From a virus (Duplodnaviria; Caudoviricetes): 61,925 nucleotides of DNA. Below are positions 9,537 to 19,499 of this stretch, one piece after another. Numbering within the stretch: the first letter of the stretch is position 1; every line of letters begins with the position of its first letter. The stretch is from IMG/VR virus record IMGVR_UViG_3300028553_001902, positions 1-61,925 of that record; one strand, 5' to 3'. The position numbers were made by a program, and so were the translations under genes. The notes under the pieces were generated by a model, which did no database searches, was not told where the DNA came from, and saw nothing but the letters and a program-made list of their open reading frames with translations.

Positions 9537-10314
9537 AATTCTACTGCTTGGCTCAAAAGGATTTTTGGGAAGTTTTTTATTAAATAATTTACCATATAAT
9601 ATAGTTCCAATTTCAAGAACAGAGTGTGATTTAACTAATTTTAACTCAGTAACAAATTTATTAAAGACGCATAGCCCAGAAATTATTATAAATTGCGCTG
9701 GAAGTCTTGAAAGAGATTTAAAGGTTTTTAATGTTGAATCTTTTAATCAAAATTTAAATATTTTCTTTAATTTATATTATCAAAGAGATTTATTTGGCAA
9801 ACTTATAAATTTAGGTTCTGGTGCAGAATATGATAGAAGATATTCAATTAATTTAAAAAAAGAAATAGAAATAAAATATATTAGACCAGTAGATCATTAT
9901 GGTCTAAGTAAAAATATTATATCTAATATATCTTTATCAGCTAATAACTTCTATACATTGCGATTATTTGGTTGCTTTTCAAATTCAAAAAATATATTAT
10001 TTGATAAAATTATAAATGATAATCAGATTATAATTAAAAATAGACATTTTGATTTTTTTTATGCCCGCGATTTAATTCCAATCTTTGAATATTTTATCGA
10101 AAACTCCCCTGAAATAAAAGATGTTAATATAGTTTATAAAGAAAAGAAAACCCTCAAAGAAATCGTAACTTTTTTTAAAAATTTCCACAATTTAAAATGT
10201 AAAATTTCATTTGAAGAAGATTATAAAAACTACACAGGTTGCTCTGAAACTCTTAATAATTTTAATTTTAAGTTTCAAGGCTTAGAGGAAGGAATGAAAC
10301 AGTATATAATATGA
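9526..10314 (+). CDS. NAD-dependent sugar epimerase/reductase (extended SDR)
   Basis: 'LGSKGFLG', 'GSGAEY', YxxxK 'YGLSK', 'LRLFG'. Confidence 0.85.
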   Translation: MENKILLLGSKGFLGSFLLNNLPYNIVPISRTECDLTNFNSVTNLLKTHSPEIIINCAGSLERDLKVFNVESFNQNLNIFFNLYYQRDLFGKLINLGSGAEYDRRYSINLKKEIEIKYIRPVDHYGLSKNIISNISLSANNFYTLRLFGCFSNSKNILFDKIINDNQIIIKNRHFDFFYARDLIPIFEYFIENSPEIKDVNIVYKEKKTLKEIVTFFKNFHNLKCKISFEEDYKNYTGCSETLNNFNFKFQGLEEGMKQYII

Positions 10315-11252
10315 AAGTAGTTTATATTACTGGCTGCCTCGGCTTCATTGGCTCTCATATAACAGAAATGTGCTTAGAAAAAGGATGGAAAGTTATAGGT
10401 GTTGATAAAGTAACGTATGCGGCCCATGAAGATTTAATAGAAAAATTTTCACAAAATGATTCATTTAAATTTATAAAATCAGATATAAATGACCTTCAAT
10501 TTTTATATGACTGTGATTATATAATAAATACAGCTGCAGAAACCCATGTTGATAATTCGATCGAAGACTCAGTTGAATTCATAAAAACAAATGTCAATGG
10601 AGTTCATAATTTATTGCAACTTATAAAAAATAAACATAGATATAAGATGCCCACATTGCTACATTTTAGTACAGACGAAGTTTATGGAGACAATATAGGA
10701 AGTGCCCATGTGGAAACTGATTTGTTGAAACCTTCCAACCCATACTCAGCAACAAAGGCATCCGCAGATATGTTAGTACTAGCCTGGGCCAGAACATATA
10801 AAGTTCCTTATGTTATCGTGCGCCCATCAAATAATTATGGCATCCGACAAAATCCAGAGAAATTGATTCCAAAATCTTGCAAATATATTTCATTAGGAAG
10901 AAAAATTCCTGTTCATGAGCAAGGTCAACCAATGCGCACTTGGCTTCATGTTAAAGATACTGCCCAAGCCATTATTCGTATTATTGAATCTGAAGTTGTA
11001 AATGAAATTTTTAATATTGGTGGCAATTATGAAGATAAGAATATAAATGTTTTAGAAAAATTAATATACTTTTATTTAAATGATAATAATTTTGAAAAAT
11101 ATTTAGATTTTAATTATACAAGGCCTGGCCAAGATGTCAGATACTCAATCAATGATGATAAGCTAAGAAATCTGGGGTGGCAGCCCAATGCAAATTTTGA
11201 TGATGAATTAAAAAGAATAGTGGAATTTAATAAAGAAAAATTTATTTGGTAA
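10311..11252 (+). CDS. rmlB: NDP-glucose 4,6-dehydratase (RmlB-like)
   Basis: 'TGCLGFIG', 'AAETHVD', 'STDEVYG', 'PYSATKA', 'NNYG', 'RPGQDVRYS'. Confidence 0.88.
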   Translation: MKVVYITGCLGFIGSHITEMCLEKGWKVIGVDKVTYAAHEDLIEKFSQNDSFKFIKSDINDLQFLYDCDYIINTAAETHVDNSIEDSVEFIKTNVNGVHNLLQLIKNKHRYKMPTLLHFSTDEVYGDNIGSAHVETDLLKPSNPYSATKASADMLVLAWARTYKVPYVIVRPSNNYGIRQNPEKLIPKSCKYISLGRKIPVHEQGQPMRTWLHVKDTAQAIIRIIESEVVNEIFNIGGNYEDKNINVLEKLIYFYLNDNNFEKYLDFNYTRPGQDVRYSINDDKLRNLGWQPNANFDDELKRIVEFNKEKFIW

Positions 11253-11264
11253 AGAAGTGATATT

Positions 11265-11951
11265 ATGAATAAAATTATTTCAATGTCTGCATTTGGAACT
11301 GATATTAAGTATTTTGTAGGGGCACAGAGGCAAGCTGAGTTAGCTCAAAAAAACTATCCAGATTGGCAAATTAGAATTTATACAAATAATTTAAGTTTAT
11401 TAGATAATATAAATGATAATGTAAGAGTAATAGAAGTTAATGAAAGCAGTTGGGGGCCATTTTGGAGGTTTGACCCCCTCTTTGAAGACGATAATAATAT
11501 AACAATAATTAGAGATTCTGATGATAGAATAACTTTAAGAGAGGTAATGGCTGTTGAAGAATGGCTAAATAGTGATGCTCTTTTACACACAATTAAAGAT
11601 CATGAGGCTCATTTTCAATTTCCCATAATGGCTGGACTTTTTGGATTTAAAGGAAGATTGCATGAATCCTTGTATAAAATAATGCAGGACTTTAAATTCA
11701 AACATCAATACTATCTGAGCGATCAAATCTTTCTTAGAGATTATGTATATCCAAGATACAGCTCTAGTTGTTTATCACATACATTTATAAGTGGTTGGTT
11801 CTCACAAAGTAGAAATAATTTAATTAATAAGTATTGTTTCTGTGGAAATGGCTATGATGAAAATGATAATCCAATATACTCAGAATCTTTAAATTCAAAA
11901 ATTGATTATTCTAAAAATATTGTTTTCGATGGGGGTAAGTTGACAGAATGA
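11265..11951 (+). CDS. Putative glycosyltransferase-like protein
   Basis: 'WRF', DxD 'RDSDDR', 'KDHEAH..PIMAGLFG', 'DQIFL' motifs. Confidence 0.55.
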   Translation: MNKIISMSAFGTDIKYFVGAQRQAELAQKNYPDWQIRIYTNNLSLLDNINDNVRVIEVNESSWGPFWRFDPLFEDDNNITIIRDSDDRITLREVMAVEEWLNSDALLHTIKDHEAHFQFPIMAGLFGFKGRLHESLYKIMQDFKFKHQYYLSDQIFLRDYVYPRYSSSCLSHTFISGWFSQSRNNLINKYCFCGNGYDENDNPIYSESLNSKIDYSKNIVFDGGKLTE

Positions 11952-11968
11952 CTTGAATATGATATAAT
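11940..11968 (+). promoter_or_regulatory. Sigma-70/A promoter upstream of gmd-fcl-nrdJ
   Basis: TTGACA-N17-TATAAT with extended TG. Confidence 0.9.
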
Positions 11969-11994
11969 TATATATTATATCTAGGAGGATTTAA

Positions 11995-13008
11995 ATGAAA
12001 AAAGCATTAATAACTGGAATCACAGGGCAGGATGGCTCGTACTTAGCTGAACTATTATTAAGTAAAAACTATGAGGTCCATGGTATCATTAGAAGGTCTT
12101 CTTCTATAAACACAAAAAGAATTGACCATTTATATAATAATCCAAATCTTAAGTTACATTATGGCGACTTAACTGATCAATCAAGTCTTATTAGAGTTAT
12201 ACAGCAAATTCAACCAGATGAGATTTATAATTTGGGCGCCCAAAGCCATGTGAAAGTTTCTTTTGAGATTCCAGAGTATACTGGAGAAGTTGATGCATTG
12301 GGAACCCTAAGAATTTTAGAAGCAGTAAGAATTTTGAATCTTGAAAATAAAACTAAAATATATCAAGCTTCAACATCTGAACTCTTTGGACTTGTGCAAG
12401 AAACACCACAGCGTGAAACTACTCCTTTTTATCCACGCTCTCCCTATGGAGTTGCTAAAATGTATGCATATTGGATAACAAAAAATTATAGAGAGTCATA
12501 TGGTCTATATGCTTGCACAGGAATTCTTTTTAATCATGAATCTCCACGTAGAGGGGAAACATTTGTTACTCGTAAAATTACTATGGGATTGAAGGCAATT
12601 TCAGAAGGCACTCAAAAAGAATTGCAACTGGGTAATTTAAATGCACTCAGGGATTGGGGGCATGCACAAGATTTTGTAGAAGCGATGTGGCTTATGTTAC
12701 AACAAAAGCACCCTCAAGATTTTGTAATTGCTACAGGAAAACAATATTCAGTTCGTGATTTTGTAGTTGAAGCAGCGCCCTACTTTGGCATAAATATTGA
12801 ATGGCAAGGTCAAGGCTTAGATGAAGTAGGTATTGATACTAATACTGGAAAAACTATTATACGAGTTAATCCAAAATATTTCAGACCAGCTGAAGTTGAG
12901 ACCCTATTAGGCGATTCAGATAAGGCGCGTAGAATTTTAGGATGGTATCCAAAAACTTCATTTAAGAATTTAGTAAAGGATATGTGTGAAAATGAACAGG
13001 GATTCTAG
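11995..13008 (+). CDS. gmd: GDP-mannose 4,6-dehydratase
   Basis: '[14 protein letters not shown]', 'LGAQSHV', 'QASTSELFG', 'PRSPYGVAK', '[16 protein letters not shown]'. Confidence 0.97.
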   Translation: MKKALITGITGQDGSYLAELLLSKNYEVHGIIRRSSSINTKRIDHLYNNPNLKLHYGDLTDQSSLIRVIQQIQPDEIYNLGAQSHVKVSFEIPEYTGEVDALGTLRILEAVRILNLENKTKIYQASTSELFGLVQETPQRETTPFYPRSPYGVAKMYAYWITKNYRESYGLYACTGILFNHESPRRGETFVTRKITMGLKAISEGTQKELQLGNLNALRDWGHAQDFVEAMWLMLQQKHPQDFVIATGKQYSVRDFVVEAAPYFGINIEWQGQGLDEVGIDTNTGKTIIRVNPKYFRPAEVETLLGDSDKARRILGWYPKTSFKNLVKDMCENEQGF

Positions 13009-13921
13009 AATTTTTGTAGCTGGTCACAAAGGACTTGTAGGCTCAGCAATTGTTAGAAAGCTAAAAGAAGAAGGTTATAGAAATTTGGTTCTCAGAACTA
13101 GAGATGAATTGGATTTGAGAAATCAAAAAGATGTTAGAGCCTTTTTTAGAGAAGAACAGCCAGAATATGTATTTTTAAGCGCAGCAAAAGTTGGAGGAAT
13201 ATTGGCAAATAAAAACTATAAGGCTGATTTTATTTTAGATAATTTAAATATTCAAAATAATGTTATTCAAACTTCTCATAAAAGTCAAGTTAAAAAATTA
13301 TTATTTTTAGGTTCTTCTTGTATATATCCAAAATTCGCTCGACAACCAATAAAAGAATCTGAGTTATTAACTGGTTCTCTTGAAGAAACAAATGATTCTT
13401 ATGCTATTGCTAAAATAGCAGGTATAGTTGCGTGTCAATCATTAAAACAGCAATATAATTTTAATGCTATATCATTAATGCCCACAAATCTTTATGGATT
13501 TAATGATAATTTTGACCTAAATAGCTCTCATGTTATACCAGCTTTAATTAAAAAGTTTCATGATGCAAAAAAATCTGGAGCCGCCAGCGTTAATCTTTGG
13601 GGAGATGGATCCCCAATAAGAGAGTTTATGTTTGCTGATGATTTGGCAGATGCCGCTATTTTTTGTATGTTAAATTATAATGATTCAGAAATTATAAATG
13701 TTGGAACTGGAATTGGAATAACAATTAAAAATCTAGCAGATATTATTTCTAAAATTGTTGGGTTTAATGGATTCGCAGTTTGGGACTTAAACCAGCCAAA
13801 TGGAACCCCTAAAAAAGTTTTAAATGTAGAAAAATTGGCGTCATTAGGTTGGACTTCTAAAACCAAACTAGAAGAAGGATTAAAAATAACATATGATTGG
13901 TATCTAAAAAATAAAACATAA
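12992..13921 (+). CDS. fcl: GDP-L-fucose synthase
   Basis: '[10 protein letters not shown]', 'AAKVGGI', 'LGSSCIYP', 'YAIAK', 'MPTNLYG', 'SHVIPA'. Confidence 0.95.
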   Translation: MNRDSRIFVAGHKGLVGSAIVRKLKEEGYRNLVLRTRDELDLRNQKDVRAFFREEQPEYVFLSAAKVGGILANKNYKADFILDNLNIQNNVIQTSHKSQVKKLLFLGSSCIYPKFARQPIKESELLTGSLEETNDSYAIAKIAGIVACQSLKQQYNFNAISLMPTNLYGFNDNFDLNSSHVIPALIKKFHDAKKSGAASVNLWGDGSPIREFMFADDLADAAIFCMLNYNDSEIINVGTGIGITIKNLADIISKIVGFNGFAVWDLNQPNGTPKKVLNVEKLASLGWTSKTKLEEGLKITYDWYLKNKT

Positions 13922-13933
13922 AGGAAGAAAAAA

Positions 13934-16282
13934 ATGATAAATTTATTCTCACAAGATTTCCTTTCTAATTACGCAGATTTTAGTCCCAAAATGAATGATT
14001 TGGGAGCGTTCGTATATCTCCGCACATATTCTAGATATTTACCAGAAAAAAAACGTAGAGAAGTCTGGAAAGAAACTGTAAGGCGCGCTGTTGAGTTTAA
14101 TGTAATGCAAGAATGGGAGCATTGTAATCGAATTGGTATGCCTGTCACAAAACAACGCAGAGAGCGCATGCAAGAAGAGGCAATTGAGTTCTTTGAATCA
14201 ATGTATAATCTGAATCAATTTTTGAGTGGGCGCACAATGTGGGCTGGTGATTACAATAATAAAGGTATTCAAAAATTTGCTATGGCTAATTTTAACTGTG
14301 CCTACACAAAAATTAGTAAGTGGAATGACTTAGGCGATTTATTTTATGCACTTCTCGTTGGAACAGGGGCTGGCTTTGGTTGTCGCTTAGATGATGCAAA
14401 GCTATTGCCATCAATTAGAAATAAAGGCTATCATTTGATTTTTGAACCCTATGAGTATTTGGGGCACCCAGGTCTTAAAAATGAATCATTTATTACTGAA
14501 GCTGAGCGCGCAGTTACAATTATAATTGGAGATAGTAAAGAAGGATGGGTTCAAGCTCTTAATTTATTCTTTGAAGTTCTTACTAATCCTAGATATAGAA
14601 CAAAAGAGTTGATACGTTTAAATTTTAATTATGTAAGGCCTAATGGAACCCCTTTAAAAACTTTTGGTGGTACAGCATCAGGTCCAGAACCACTAAAAGA
14701 AATGTTTGAAGGGATTCACAAGGTAATTACAAATCAATTAGACCCTGAAAATCTGAAACCATTAGAAGTGGATTCAATAAATACACAATATGGATATGTT
14801 CGCCCTATTCATATTATGGATATTGCAAATCTAATTGGCTATAATGTAGTAGTTGGTGGAGTGCGCAGAACAGCAGAAATTTTTTTACTTGACCCTAACG
14901 ACTATGAATCTGTATTTGCAAAATTTGGTTTGAATGGATTGTGGACATCAGAGCATTATGAAAAGTTTTTAGAGATTGAAAAATCTATTCGCACATCTGG
15001 TATTCCTTACCCACGTACTCGCTTTGAAAAAATGAAAATAGATTTTAAAGACAAAGGATTCTATGAGGGCACTGGCCTGCATCATCGTAGAATGTCCAAT
15101 AATTCCGTTGCCTTTATTGATAAGCCTAGTCGTGAATATGTTATGATGCTATGCGATATGATGCAACTTGAGGGCGAGCCAGGCATGATTAATTTATATG
15201 AAGCTGCGCGGAGAATTTTAAAGGCCCAAGGTGTGAAACGCCCAGACCATGAATCCATTGTGACTATTGCTCAAGAAATTGGCGTTAATCCATGTGCTGA
15301 AATTATTCTATTCTCTAAAGGATTGTGCAATCTCACCACAATTAATGTTAAAAACTTTGTTCATGAAGTAAAGAGCTATAAAGGTAGTCGATATGTGCTT
15401 GATAGAGAAGGCTTAATTAAGGCTCAAAGACTTTCTGCACGAGCAGGTCTTAGAATGACCCTAATTCAGCTAGAACTACCAGACTGGCATAAGATACAAT
15501 CTATGGCTAGACTTACAGGTTGTAGCATGACAGGGTATCAAGATGCTATGGAGATGCTGGGGTGGGATCAGGCTCAGCAAGATGAGCTATTGGATGTTCT
15601 TAAAAAAGTATCTCACGATGCTGTGACACAATATGCTGATGAATTGCGCATCCCAATTCCTCTATTTGTGACAACTATCAAGCCAGAAGGAACTCTATCT
15701 CAGGTTGCTGGTGGTGTAAGTCCAGGCCTACACTTCTCACACGCACCATATCATATTAGACGCATTCGCATCAATAGCAAGGACCCTCTTGCACTTGCTG
15801 TTCGCGATTCTGGTTGGACTATTAATCCAGAAGTTGGAACGCTTGGCGCAGACTATTATGAGCAAATGGCAAATGCACGCACTTGGGTAGTTGACTTCCC
15901 TGTTGCAACTGGCTCCAAGCGCACGAAAGAAGATGTAAGTGCACTTGAACAATTTGAAATCTACAGACACTTCCAAAGAAATTACACAGATATGAATACT
16001 TCAAATACAATTACTGTGAAACCAAACGAGTGGCGCGAGTTGTTTGAGAAAATATTCCATAACTGGGATGAATACGTAGGAGTTTCTTTCTTAGCTCTTG
16101 ATGGCGGAACATATCAGTTGGCTCCATATGAAACTATTGATGTAGCAACATTCAATGAAATGTCAAGCATTCACAAACCATTGCGGCTAGATATGTTGGC
16201 GAGGTATGATATTGAATTATATTCTGACCAGCTTGATGAAGTAATGGAAGGATGCGAAAATGGAGTTTGTCCTATTAGGTAA
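13934..16282 (+). CDS. nrdJ: Class II (adenosylcobalamin-dependent, monomeric RTPR-type) ribonucleotide reductase
   Basis: 'RTYSR', 'FNCA', 'FGGTASGP', 'GGVRRTA', 'NPCAEI', 'TIKPEGT', C-terminal 'CENGVCPIR'. Confidence 0.93.
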   Translation: MINLFSQDFLSNYADFSPKMNDLGAFVYLRTYSRYLPEKKRREVWKETVRRAVEFNVMQEWEHCNRIGMPVTKQRRERMQEEAIEFFESMYNLNQFLSGRTMWAGDYNNKGIQKFAMANFNCAYTKISKWNDLGDLFYALLVGTGAGFGCRLDDAKLLPSIRNKGYHLIFEPYEYLGHPGLKNESFITEAERAVTIIIGDSKEGWVQALNLFFEVLTNPRYRTKELIRLNFNYVRPNGTPLKTFGGTASGPEPLKEMFEGIHKVITNQLDPENLKPLEVDSINTQYGYVRPIHIMDIANLIGYNVVVGGVRRTAEIFLLDPNDYESVFAKFGLNGLWTSEHYEKFLEIEKSIRTSGIPYPRTRFEKMKIDFKDKGFYEGTGLHHRRMSNNSVAFIDKPSREYVMMLCDMMQLEGEPGMINLYEAARRILKAQGVKRPDHESIVTIAQEIGVNPCAEIILFSKGLCNLTTINVKNFVHEVKSYKGSRYVLDREGLIKAQRLSARAGLRMTLIQLELPDWHKIQSMARLTGCSMTGYQDAMEMLGWDQAQQDELLDVLKKVSHDAVTQYADELRIPIPLFVTTIKPEGTLSQVAGGVSPGLHFSHAPYHIRRIRINSKDPLALAVRDSGWTINPEVGTLGADYYEQMANARTWVVDFPVATGSKRTKEDVSALEQFEIYRHFQRNYTDMNTSNTITVKPNEWRELFEKIFHNWDEYVGVSFLALDGGTYQLAPYETIDVATFNEMSSIHKPLRLDMLARYDIELYSDQLDEVMEGCENGVCPIR

Positions 16283-16354
16283 TAGGGCAAACTTTATAAA
16301 AAGTAGCTAAGAAAATCCATCTATAATAGGAAAAAATTATAGGAGTGATGTTCA

Positions 16355-17611
16355 GTGCCACTAAAAAAAGGATATTCTGATAAAACTCTACGAAGCAATA
16401 TAGCACAACTTGTGGATGAAGGCTATCCTGATAAACAGGCTGTTGCTATAGCTTTAGAGATACAGAGTAGAGCAAAGAAAGAAAAGCCTAATATGGAATT
16501 GCAATATGCGATTACAGCATTAGACAAGATTAATGAAGTTGATTTTATGGCTATTGAAACTCAGTTACATACAGCCGAGGCTCATCCAGATGAAGATGGA
16601 GTGAAATCAAGATATTTACCTATTGGATCGATAAGTAATTTGGCCCCAAGTGGAAAAAACTTAATTTATTATACACTTGATACAGAAAATCAAGAGTTAA
16701 TTGAGGATGTTAAGTTTTGGACCATGTTCAAAGACAACCTTCAAGATTTTGGATTTCCTGCTTGGATTGAAAATGAAGAAGATCAAATTATTATTGGCGC
16801 TCATATTCCAGAAGATCAAGATTATTATGCGGCTAAAAAAATTGAAATTGATAATTCAGTTGACTCTGCTAGCTTAACAAAATCTTGGGGAGATGTTGAT
16901 AAGACTAAGCTAAGAAATGATATAATGGAAGCTAGTAATTCTGGAGAACTTGTTAAAGAAGCCTATTTAATAGTTGAAGAAAATTGGGAAGATGCTCCTT
17001 CTGAAGCTTTAAAATATCCACATCATGAAATTAAAGATGGAAAATTAGTTGTTTCTAGAGATGGCGTTCAGACAGCACTATCCTTTCTTATGAGAACAGA
17101 TCCAGAAAATACAGAAGCTAAAAACCATTTAAAGAAGCATTATAGAGAGTTAGATTTAGACATGGGGAGTTTTGAATCAGCAGAAAATTTTGGATTAATT
17201 AACGCTCAAAAAAAAACTGGAGCTAGCACTCCAGCACCCAAGAGAGATAGAATAAAAGGTAGCGATGTAAACAAGCCAGATAGTGCTCAGGGACCTGGTG
17301 GAGAGATAAAGATTGATGAAAAGACTGAAACTGCTTTAAGAAATAAAGTTACAGAGCACAATGAAAGCATGAGAAAGCTAGATAAAGAGTCTTGGTCTCG
17401 CACTACAATAGGTCAATTAAGAGCTGTATATCGTAGAGGTGCAGGAGCTTATTCAACTTCACATAGACCTGGTGTATCAAGAGGTGCTTGGGCAATGGCA
17501 AGAGTAAATGCATATTTGTATTTATTAAAAAATGGTAGGCCAAAAGATAGTAAGTATGTAACTGATAATGATTTGTTACCAAAACAACATCCGAAGTCTA
17601 CAAGGTCTTAG
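16355..17611 (+). CDS. Multi-module hypothetical protein with a DUF5824-like C-terminus
   Basis: N-terminal 'MPLKKG...QAVAIAL'; central 'LKYPHH...HLKKHY'; C-terminal 'VYRRGAGAY..SHRPG....WAMARVN'. Confidence 0.6.
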   Translation: MPLKKGYSDKTLRSNIAQLVDEGYPDKQAVAIALEIQSRAKKEKPNMELQYAITALDKINEVDFMAIETQLHTAEAHPDEDGVKSRYLPIGSISNLAPSGKNLIYYTLDTENQELIEDVKFWTMFKDNLQDFGFPAWIENEEDQIIIGAHIPEDQDYYAAKKIEIDNSVDSASLTKSWGDVDKTKLRNDIMEASNSGELVKEAYLIVEENWEDAPSEALKYPHHEIKDGKLVVSRDGVQTALSFLMRTDPENTEAKNHLKKHYRELDLDMGSFESAENFGLINAQKKTGASTPAPKRDRIKGSDVNKPDSAQGPGGEIKIDEKTETALRNKVTEHNESMRKLDKESWSRTTIGQLRAVYRRGAGAYSTSHRPGVSRGAWAMARVNAYLYLLKNGRPKDSKYVTDNDLLPKQHPKSTRS

Positions 17612-17612
17612 T

Positions 17613-17636
17613 AGGGGAGCTTGCTCCCCTTTTTTT
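17613..17636 (+). terminator. Rho-independent terminator
   Basis: AGGGGAG-CTTG-CTCCCCT followed by a T-run. Confidence 0.88.
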
Positions 17637-17663
17637 ATTTATAAGAGTTAAGGAGAATATATA

Positions 17664-18365
17664 ATGATATCATTATTATGTTATGCGGCCAACAAACCAT
17701 ACTTTTATCAAAGGCTAGAAGTGTTAAAAGATATGGCTGTAAATGAAAGATTTGAAGGTTTATTTAGATTAACAGATAAAGAATTAAAACAAACTGTATT
17801 TTATGAAGAAAACAAAATGGTTCTAGACCAACCTCGGGGCGCTGGTTACTGGCTTTGGAAGCCATATATTATTTTAGAAGTTTTAAATTATTTGAACGAG
17901 GATGATATTTTATTTTATTTGGATTCTGGCGATACTTTTTTAACAGGAACTAAAAATAAAATTGAAGAATTGATGAAAGATAAAGATATCGTCGTATCAA
18001 CATCATTTTTTACTCAAAAAGACTATACAAAAAGAGACTGTTTTCACTTTATGGACTGTGATGAAGAAAAGTATTGGAATGCTCATCAAGCAGAAGCTGG
18101 TATTCTAGTTTTAAAAAATAATTCAAATACTAAAAATTTTATCTATGAGTGGCTAAATTATTGCAAAGATCCAAGAATACTAACAGATATGTCTAATACT
18201 TGTGGTAAGCCTAATCTTGAAGGATTTATTGATCATAGGCACGATCAAAGCATCTTAACAAATCTTTGTATAAAGCATAATATAAAATATACAAACTCAA
18301 TTAGAAAATTTGTTGGTGTTAATTTGGATGATATTAAAAATTATCCAGATACAATTGACAGTTGA
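17664..18365 (+). CDS. Putative glycosyltransferase-like protein
   Basis: 'RGAGYWLWKPYII', 'YLDSG', 'DHRHDQSILT' motifs. Confidence 0.65.
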   Translation: MISLLCYAANKPYFYQRLEVLKDMAVNERFEGLFRLTDKELKQTVFYEENKMVLDQPRGAGYWLWKPYIILEVLNYLNEDDILFYLDSGDTFLTGTKNKIEELMKDKDIVVSTSFFTQKDYTKRDCFHFMDCDEEKYWNAHQAEAGILVLKNNSNTKNFIYEWLNYCKDPRILTDMSNTCGKPNLEGFIDHRHDQSILTNLCIKHNIKYTNSIRKFVGVNLDDIKNYPDTIDS

Positions 18366-18390
18366 CAAATACATAAAAATTTGATATAAT
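18362..18390 (+). promoter_or_regulatory. Sigma-70/A promoter of the replication operon
   Basis: TTGACA-N17-TATAAT with extended TG. Confidence 0.9.
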
Positions 18391-18432
18391 ATATATGTAA
18401 GAAATTATAAAAACTAGAGGGGATATACTTCA

Positions 18433-18648
18433 ATGGCAACTAACAAAAAGACTTTCTTTCAATGTTTTTCAATTAACTTTCATCGCTTTTTAAAAGCAAA
18501 TGGATTATATTCTATGAGCAAAGGAACCCATCAAAACGGCAAAACTTTTTGGGTTTATGAGCGTACTGAAACATTTGAAAAACTATTGAAAATTTGGCAT
18601 GATACAAAGCCAGTCACGGTAAATTCTACAAAGGAGAAAGCTGTATGA
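18433..18648 (+). CDS. Small hypothetical protein (DUF5659-like)
   Basis: 71 aa; 'F.C.S...FLK.NG.....KTFWVY' pattern. Confidence 0.55.
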   Translation: MATNKKTFFQCFSINFHRFLKANGLYSMSKGTHQNGKTFWVYERTETFEKLLKIWHDTKPVTVNSTKEKAV

Positions 18649-19499
18649 AAAAAATGATTAATCGAACTCTTATTGAGGGGTTTCTTGTTGAAAAGAATAT
18701 GCGTGGCGGCGTAACAAAAGCTGGTGTGCCTTACATTGGTGGCAAGCTACATATTGATACTGGAAATAATAATGTCATTGTTGTAGATGTTTTTGAGCAA
18801 CAAAAAACATCCAAAGGCTTAGCAAATCAAAAGTACGATGTTCTTTCTGGAATTTTTACGAATGGTAAAACTATCCATGATGGAAGTGAAGATCCAACAG
18901 CATTGCGTGTAAATTCAGCGTTTGAATTAAATGATTGGATGAGTGATGGAGAGCAAAGAACTTCACTTATTAATAGTGGTGGATATATTACTGTTGTTAA
19001 TAATCCAAATAAGCGAGCAGAATTTGAAGTAGATGTTGTAGTAAAATCTGTTCAGCCAGAAATTAGAAATGAGCAAGAAACAGGTCGCGCTATTGTAAAT
19101 GGTTTGATCTTCAATTATAGAAATCATGCGCTACCAATTCGTTTTGTAGTAGAAAATAAACAGGGAATTGAATTCTTTAGCAATATGAATCCCAATACAT
19201 TTACAAAAATTTGGGGAGTTCAAGTTATTAATACAGTGGGTTCTCAGAAAACAGAAGAATCTGCATTTGGCAATGCTAAAGTAGTACAATCTGCCTATAC
19301 AAGAAAAGAAAATGTTATTACTGGGGCTCAAACAATGCCTTATGAAGATGAAGAGTTAACTCCTGAAGAATTAAATGCTGCGGTTCAAGCTCGCAATATT
19401 GCAGTTGCCGAAAGATTTAAAGCTCCAGGCCCTGTTACTGGTGGAATTACTCCTGCACAAACACCTTCGAAGCCCAAGATTGGTGCATTTAATTTCTAA
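18645..19499 (+). CDS. Single-stranded DNA-binding protein (tandem OB-fold, putative)
   Basis: 'N...IEGFLVEK' start, flexible tail ending in aromatic 'FNF'; first large gene of the replication module. Confidence 0.65.
   Translation: MKKMINRTLIEGFLVEKNMRGGVTKAGVPYIGGKLHIDTGNNNVIVVDVFEQQKTSKGLANQKYDVLSGIFTNGKTIHDGSEDPTALRVNSAFELNDWMSDGEQRTSLINSGGYITVVNNPNKRAEFEVDVVVKSVQPEIRNEQETGRAIVNGLIFNYRNHALPIRFVVENKQGIEFFSNMNPNTFTKIWGVQVINTVGSQKTEESAFGNAKVVQSAYTRKENVITGAQTMPYEDEELTPEELNAAVQARNIAVAERFKAPGPVTGGITPAQTPSKPKIGAFNF

Noticed and set aside
16283-16340. Possible phage late-promoter motif (GGGCAAA...TATAATAG), loosely echoed near 30672 and 1-100
   Set aside because: Could not derive a consistent consensus by eye from so few AT-rich examples
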